A stretch of 52,094 nt of DNA from a virus. Its lineage: Duplodnaviria > Caudoviricetes. Positions 47,167 through 52,094 of the stretch are shown here, piece after piece. A program made the translations under genes and the position numbers. The notes beneath the pieces are model-generated. The model was not told the DNA's origin and ran no database searches. It saw only the letters and a list, made by a program, of their open reading frames with translations. Position 1 is the first letter of the stretch. The number at the start of each line of letters is the position of its first letter. The DNA is taken from positions 1 through 52,094 of the IMG/VR virus record IMGVR_UViG_3300042923_000131; one strand, given 5' to 3'.

Positions 47167-47991
47167 ATGGGAGTGAAACAAATGAAAAGAGAAACTTTAT
47201 ACGGAAGAGATAAAGCAGACATATTTGAGTTCAAAACAATTAATGAGTTTTATAATTATATAAGTGAGACAGAATACAATTATGTTTTTAAAGACGCTAA
47301 CAAACAATCAATGTCAGGAACTTATAGTTTTACACGAACTCATGATTTTAAAGAAGCCACAGAGTTATTACAAAATGGGTGGAACAGTATGTCAGCTAAG
47401 TTAGTACAGAAATTGAATGTTATTAAAAATCAAATTCAGCCAAACACAAAACAAAAAACAATATATGATGTTGTAGGATATCAGCCATCAGTGAGTAGAT
47501 ACTTACAAGGTATTCCAACTAACATGATGTCAAAAAAGAATGTTCCGATAAAGCAGAAGATAATAACATTGAATAAAGCAATCAGTTACAGTTGGTCGGT
47601 AGGAACTGATGTAATAATAGAGCAGAGTACAAAAGCATTACAAATAGTGAAGAAGTTAGAAGCTCAAGGTTACAGAGTTAACTTGAATGTAATAATGGGA
47701 GTAACCTCAGAACAAGAAGTATATTGTAAAGTGAGAATAAAGAATGCTAATGAGAGATTAAACTTAAGCAAGCTTGCTTATCCGTTAGTTCACCCTAGTA
47801 TGTTTAGAAGATTGTTTTTCAGATTCATGGAAGTAAACCCAGCTACAACGTTAGGATTTAGAAGAGCTTATGGTTTTCCAATAGAAAGTGAAAACATTAG
47901 AAGAGTGGTAGGAAAAGAATATTTGTTGCCTCCGTTTATAAATAAAGATATATCGCAAATAAATAATATAGAAGATTTAGAAAATTTATAA
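47167..47991 (+). CDS. vWA-like partner of a MoxR ATPase
   Basis: DVVG..P.V.RYLQG.P, ISYS (MIDAS-like), LEAQGYRV, HPSMFRR, YG.P; start may be 47182. Confidence 0.65.
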   Translation: MGVKQMKRETLYGRDKADIFEFKTINEFYNYISETEYNYVFKDANKQSMSGTYSFTRTHDFKEATELLQNGWNSMSAKLVQKLNVIKNQIQPNTKQKTIYDVVGYQPSVSRYLQGIPTNMMSKKNVPIKQKIITLNKAISYSWSVGTDVIIEQSTKALQIVKKLEAQGYRVNLNVIMGVTSEQEVYCKVRIKNANERLNLSKLAYPLVHPSMFRRLFFRFMEVNPATTLGFRRAYGFPIESENIRRVVGKEYLLPPFINKDISQINNIEDLENL

Positions 47992-47999
47992 AATATAAG

Positions 48000-48028
48000 T
48001 GTACAAACCTAGTAGCTTATGATATAAT
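48000..48028 (+). promoter_or_regulatory. Sigma-A-type promoter
   Basis: TGTACA-N17-TATAAT, TG extension. Confidence 0.75.
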
Positions 48029-48077
48029 GAATGTAAGTTAATAAACAAACTAAAACACTCAATGGAGGTAAACACGA

Positions 48078-49175
48078 ATGAAAAATGAATTTAAAATTGC
48101 ATTGGTTGAGAAATGCTTAACTGGTCCACAAGAAGATGAACAAGTAATAGTAACTACAGTATCAACGATAGGTAAGAAGGTTAAACCGAAAGAGCACAAA
48201 CGTAAAGTGTACAAAGAGGATGGCTTAGAAGTATTCGTTTTAAATAATCAAGTATTCAAATACGTGTTAGATGAAAATAATAAATATGCAGTATCAGTTG
48301 ATTTCAAAAGAATGCTAAAAAAGTCAACAAAGAAAGAAGCAGATATTAAAACAGATATTGTAATACCAGAAGTACAAAAGGAAGAAGTACAAAATGAGTT
48401 CAAGGAAGACGAACAAGTTAGACATGAAAAATATGAAGAGATAAAGATATGTATAGATGAGCAAATTCCTATCTATCTTGTTGGACCTGCAGGGTCAGGT
48501 AAAAACTTCACACTTGAACAGATTGCTAAAGACTTAGATATGAACTTCTATTTTGCGAATAGTATTCAGCAAGAACATAAGTTAACTGGATTTATAGATG
48601 CAGGTGGAGAATATCATGAAACAGAATTTTTCAAAGCATGCAACGATGATAAGCCTTGCATATTCTTCTTAGATGAAATGGATGCAAGTATTCCAGAAGT
48701 ATTAGTTTTATTGAATGCAGCAATTGCTAATGGTTACTTTGAGTTTCCTCTAGGAAAGTTAGATTTGAATCATGTACATTTTGTAGCGGCAGGAAATACA
48801 ACTGGAAATGGAGCAGACGAACAATACTCAGGGAGAATGGTAATTGACCAAGCTACACTTGATAGATTCGCAATTATAGAGTTTGATTATAGTAGAGTAG
48901 TAGAAGTCAATTTAGCTAAAGGTGATGTTGAGCTAGTAGAGTTTATACATCAGTTAAGAAAGTTATCAGAACAACAAGGAATAAGAACAACGTTCAGTTA
49001 CAGATGCATAACTATGGTAGTAAAGCTAGTAGATAAAATGGACTTGAATAAAATTATAAAGATAGCAGTTGTTAAAGGTTTAGATTTAGATACAGTTAGA
49101 AGCTTAAGACCAGAAGGTTATACAAAATATCATAAAGCTTTGAAAGAAGTACAAAGAGACTACAAAGTGGGGTAA
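48078..49175 (+). CDS. MoxR/CbbQ-like AAA+ ATPase
   Basis: GPAGSGKN, FLDEMD, LNAA, AAGNT, D.ATLDRF. Confidence 0.85.
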   Translation: MKNEFKIALVEKCLTGPQEDEQVIVTTVSTIGKKVKPKEHKRKVYKEDGLEVFVLNNQVFKYVLDENNKYAVSVDFKRMLKKSTKKEADIKTDIVIPEVQKEEVQNEFKEDEQVRHEKYEEIKICIDEQIPIYLVGPAGSGKNFTLEQIAKDLDMNFYFANSIQQEHKLTGFIDAGGEYHETEFFKACNDDKPCIFFLDEMDASIPEVLVLLNAAIANGYFEFPLGKLDLNHVHFVAAGNTTGNGADEQYSGRMVIDQATLDRFAIIEFDYSRVVEVNLAKGDVELVEFIHQLRKLSEQQGIRTTFSYRCITMVVKLVDKMDLNKIIKIAVVKGLDLDTVRSLRPEGYTKYHKALKEVQRDYKVG

Positions 49176-49192
49176 TCCCCACTTGTTTGTTT
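49161..49192 (+). terminator. Terminator-like hairpin
   Basis: AAGTGGGG-TAAT-CCCCACTT followed by GTTTGTTT. Confidence 0.65.
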
Positions 49193-49206
49193 ATTGGAGG
49201 AACGAT

Positions 49207-49593
49207 ATGCAAGAAGAAGATAAATTAAAGTTTGATAGAGTGACAAGAACCGAAAGCAAAGAATGTGAAATCTGTAATACAATTAAAAGTGAAAAGTTTT
49301 ATAAGATACATTTAAAGCGAGGGGAAATTAAGTCAGAAATAGTAATGTGCAAATTCTGCTTTATAAAGTATGTTAGAAACATGCAAAGGAAATATGAAGT
49401 GGAGGAAAACAAAGTGAGAGCCGTAATCAAAATAACTAATATGAAAAAACTGCCAAATAATTGTGTAGCTTGTAAAGAAATGGGATGTACTCTTGGAACA
49501 CTTAAAAATAATCAAGATAAGGTGAAAGAGAAGTATCAGAAAACAAGACATGAAGATTGTCCATTAAGGGTAGAATCGATATGGAAGAGATAA
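49207..49593 (+). CDS. Protein with two Zn-binding modules
   Basis: SD GGAGG; CEIC..CKFC and LPNNCVAC..C..RHEDCPL. Confidence 0.65.
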   Translation: MQEEDKLKFDRVTRTESKECEICNTIKSEKFYKIHLKRGEIKSEIVMCKFCFIKYVRNMQRKYEVEENKVRAVIKITNMKKLPNNCVACKEMGCTLGTLKNNQDKVKEKYQKTRHEDCPLRVESIWKR

Positions 49594-49928
49594 CATTTGA
49601 TAATCCTTATTGGAGTGAAAAGCAGAAGATAAGTTATTTGCAGAGAAGAATTATTGTACATAGTGTATTATATTATGAGCTAGATTCATCAATTATCACT
49701 GACGCTAGATTTGATGATTTATGCAAACAATTAGTTAACTTACAAAAGCTTTCAAAAGAAAGTGAATTTAAAAGGTCAACTTATTATTATGCTATGTATG
49801 ACTTTGATGGCTCAACTGGATTTAACTTATACAGTAGGTTAAAAGATAATGATAGAAGATATTTAATGATTATAGCTCATCAATTATTATATACATTAGA
49901 AAAAAGCATAAGGGGAAAAGATATATGA
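49581..49928 (+). CDS. Stand-alone NAD+-dependent DNA ligase N-terminal (Ia) domain protein
   Basis: LQRRIIVHSVLYYELDSSIITDARFDDL..QL; no adenylation domain (no KxDG). Confidence 0.75.
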   Translation: MEEITFDNPYWSEKQKISYLQRRIIVHSVLYYELDSSIITDARFDDLCKQLVNLQKLSKESEFKRSTYYYAMYDFDGSTGFNLYSRLKDNDRRYLMIIAHQLLYTLEKSIRGKDI

Positions 49929-50404
49929 GAAGAAGTGGTAAATTCTACAGAACAAATGAGAAAGAAGTAATGAAAAGCCTAGGACTACAGCCGACACCAA
50001 ATTCAGGGTCAGGTTGGATAGTTAAAGAAGATGGACAAAATGAACAAATAATTTGTCAGCTAAAATCTACAGACGCTCAGAGCATAAGCATATCTCAGAA
50101 GGATATAAGAATACTAGAGGATAACGCACTTACTACTCATAAGTTGCCAATGTTCGCTATTCAGTTCTTAAATACTAATGAAGTATTTTTATTAGTAAGA
50201 CCAGAGCATATAACATCAGTAGGAAATTATATAGAAACTGGTGAAGTTATAGATAACGATATTATAACTGGTGGAATAGATTGGAGCAGCACTGAAAGTA
50301 TATCAACAGTTAATAGTAAAATAATCAAATCAAGCGAGGACGCTAGAGAACAGTTCCATAAAGAAAGAGAAAATAAATATAAGAAGGAGAAGAAAGCATG
50401 GTAA
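49925..50404 (+). CDS. Putative PD-(D/E)XK endonuclease (Hjc-like)
   Basis: NEKEV, PNSGSG..KED, CQLKST. Confidence 0.55.
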   Translation: MRRSGKFYRTNEKEVMKSLGLQPTPNSGSGWIVKEDGQNEQIICQLKSTDAQSISISQKDIRILEDNALTTHKLPMFAIQFLNTNEVFLLVRPEHITSVGNYIETGEVIDNDIITGGIDWSSTESISTVNSKIIKSSEDAREQFHKERENKYKKEKKAW

Positions 50405-50775
50405 AAGCAAAAGTACAAACTATATGTAAATATGGTGGACATAGTATCACGAATAACGGTTCTGTCAATCTAACAATGAAAGCTAGATACGATGAACTGT
50501 CTCAGTATATACAGTTGATTCAAATGCTTAACAACGATGTGAGTATCGTAGTAAAACACGAAAATGATAAAGCATTCAAACTAGGTGTATTCAGGATTAA
50601 AGAGATTAAAGTAGACCATGATGGAGAAGGGATATTAAAATTTAATAGCCAATCTGATTTTGTGGAAGTTGATAACTTGAATTTATTAGTAGGAGAAAAA
50701 GACGCTTTATTTAAAGTGAAGTATGAGAGTGAAATTGAAGTAGAAGGAGATTCAGAAGATGAAAGTGAAATATGA
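50398..50775 (+). CDS. Hypothetical protein
   Basis: SD AAGGAG. Confidence 0.65.
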   Translation: MVKAKVQTICKYGGHSITNNGSVNLTMKARYDELSQYIQLIQMLNNDVSIVVKHENDKAFKLGVFRIKEIKVDHDGEGILKFNSQSDFVEVDNLNLLVGEKDALFKVKYESEIEVEGDSEDESEI

Positions 50776-50968
50776 TTTTCCAGAAGTTGTTAGAATAAAT
50801 GAATGTAAACAAGAACCTGAAATTAAGTTTAGTTCAGAATCAGGGATATTGTTAAAAATTACATCTGATGGAAGAATAATATTTGGAGATTTTGTAAAGA
50901 ATAATAATGTAGAAGATTTAGCTCAAGAGTTTATAAGAATAGTTGAAGAATCAATAATAAAAACATAG
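50759..50968 (+). CDS. Hypothetical protein
   Basis: SD AAGGAG, overlapping start. Confidence 0.55.
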   Translation: MKVKYDFPEVVRINECKQEPEIKFSSESGILLKITSDGRIIFGDFVKNNNVEDLAQEFIRIVEESIIKT

Positions 50969-50979
50969 GAGGATTATGA

Positions 50980-51282
50980 ATGGGTGATATTAATTATATA
51001 GAGCTGGCTAAAGCAAAAGTTCAGCCAAAAAGAAACATAGTTATCAGTAAAGCATCTAAGGGTGGATTTACAATAGCTCAACAGTTAGAAGTAGATGAAG
51101 GAAATAGGGTAACAAATATTTTCTTGAAAGGAAGTTTTATCGCAGATAATATATCTTCTCTTTACAATATTAGAGACGCAATGAATGTTGCTATTAAAAA
51201 AGCAGAAGAAATTGAAGAACTAGAAAAAGAAGAATTGATAAGTACAGAAGTAAAAGAAGAAGAGGAAGATTGGGATTCTTAA
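50980..51282 (+). CDS. Hypothetical protein with acidic-Trp tail
   Basis: SD AGGAGG; ends EEEEDWDS. Confidence 0.65.
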   Translation: MGDINYIELAKAKVQPKRNIVISKASKGGFTIAQQLEVDEGNRVTNIFLKGSFIADNISSLYNIRDAMNVAIKKAEEIEELEKEELISTEVKEEEEDWDS

Positions 51283-51318
51283 TAGTAAAAAAAAATAAAA
51301 TAAATTTAATAAAAAAAC

Positions 51319-51347
51319 TGTACAAAGTAAGCTAAATGTGATAGAAT
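51319..51347 (+). promoter_or_regulatory. Sigma-A-type early promoter
   Basis: TGTACA-N17-TAGAAT, TG extension. Confidence 0.75.
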
Positions 51348-51393
51348 GATATTAACAAATAAAACAAAACAAAAATTTAAGGAGAGTGTTCAG

Positions 51394-51585
51394 ATGAACG
51401 AAAGAAATTATTTATTAAGCAAGGTTGAAGAATTACAACAAAGTTTAGGAATTTTTAAAAAACTAGCAGAGAATGAAGATACAGAATTATTGAACATGAA
51501 TGATGTACTAAGAAACATAGATATGCTAACAGAGTCAGTTGACAACGTAATAGAAGAATATGAAGTAAATGAAGAAATAGAGTAA
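51394..51585 (+). CDS. Small acidic coiled-coil protein
   Basis: SD AAGGAG, ATG 51394. Confidence 0.65.
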   Translation: MNERNYLLSKVEELQQSLGIFKKLAENEDTELLNMNDVLRNIDMLTESVDNVIEEYEVNEEIE

Positions 51586-51670
51586 TAAAAATAAGTTCTA
51601 GTGATTAAAAGTATACAGAGATATACAATCACAAGAGTTAAAATAAAAAGCAAATAAATTCAATAAAAAC

Positions 51671-51699
51671 TGTACAAAGCATAGTATTCATGATATAAT
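51671..51699 (+). promoter_or_regulatory. Sigma-A-type early promoter
   Basis: TGTACA-N17-TATAAT, TG extension. Confidence 0.75.
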
Positions 51700-51757
51700 G
51701 AGTACAAGAAGAAAAACAAAACTATAAAATAAAGAAAGAAAAAGGAGAGATTTAGAA

Positions 51758-52094
51758 ATGGCGAAGAATTGGACAATAGCTGAGGCTGCAAAGGAAATTA
51801 AGAAAAATAGTTTAGAGGAAATACTAGACTTCGGAAAGAGATATCCGTTAGCAACAAATGTATTAACAAGAGCGATAACAGAATCTAAAAGCGTAATGGA
51901 TTTACTAGGAGCTCTACCAGAGTACAATACAATGAACAAGTTGAATAGTGCATTGAAAGAGGGAGTGGAAGAATCAGATTCAGAAGATGAAGCAGACGAA
52001 ACTCCAAAAGAAACTAAGAAAGAGCAAAAAGTCAAAGCAAAAGATTCCGATGATGAATCAGTTGATATCGAAAGTATGACAGCGAAAGCTATGT
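51758..52094 (+). CDS. 5' part of the gene that continues at 9..590
   Basis: SD AAGGAG, MAKNWTIAEAAKEIKK...SVMDLLGALPEY; ATG 51896 equals ATG 9, same frame. Confidence 0.8.
   Translation, partial: MAKNWTIAEAAKEIKKNSLEEILDFGKRYPLATNVLTRAITESKSVMDLLGALPEYNTMNKLNSALKEGVEESDSEDEADETPKETKKEQKVKAKDSDDESVDIESMTAKAM
51888..52094. repeat. Terminal direct repeat / assembly overlap, copy 2
   Basis: Matches 1..207 with two substitutions. Confidence 0.95.

Noticed and set aside
1260-52035. All minus-strand ORFs in the track
   Set aside because: They are short, lie antisense to well-supported + strand genes, lack SDs, and show the F/S/L/I-rich composition of shadow ORFs
1-52094. Lysogeny module, introns/inteins, stop-codon reassignment
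   Set aside because: No integrase or CI-like gene recognised; TerL, DnaE and RecA are uninterrupted and of ordinary or short length; genes are intact in code 11 with TAA, TAG and TGA all used as stops

Overview
The window is an apparently complete (~51.9 kb, circularly closed by a 207-bp end overlap) genome of a low-GC, long-tailed (siphovirus-type) phage, probably infecting a Clostridia-like Firmicute. All credible genes are on the + strand, and I see no integrase or repressor, so it is probably lytic. Layout: (i) an early/accessory region (RNase H, a ~400-nt structured non-coding segment, small unknown genes, a DUF488 + adenine-MTase-like/GNAT fusion + ParB cassette, an atypical tRNA-Gly); (ii) terminase, a holin-amidase pair inserted before the portal, then head, tail, tape-measure and collagen-repeat tail-tip genes; (iii) a type II hammerhead ribozyme; (iv) primase, SSB and a six-gene nucleotide-metabolism cluster (dUTPase/MazG, dNMP kinase, UGM-like flavoprotein, HAD phosphatase, ThyX-like protein with an altered active site, SAM methyltransferase) coupled directly to a phage DnaE polymerase; (v) RecA, nucleases, vWA/MoxR and a stand-alone NAD-ligase Ia domain. 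The best candidate for an undescribed system is the ThyX-like cluster, which looks like a pre-replicative pathway for making a modified pyrimidine. All family assignments come from motif recognition by eye, not from database searches.
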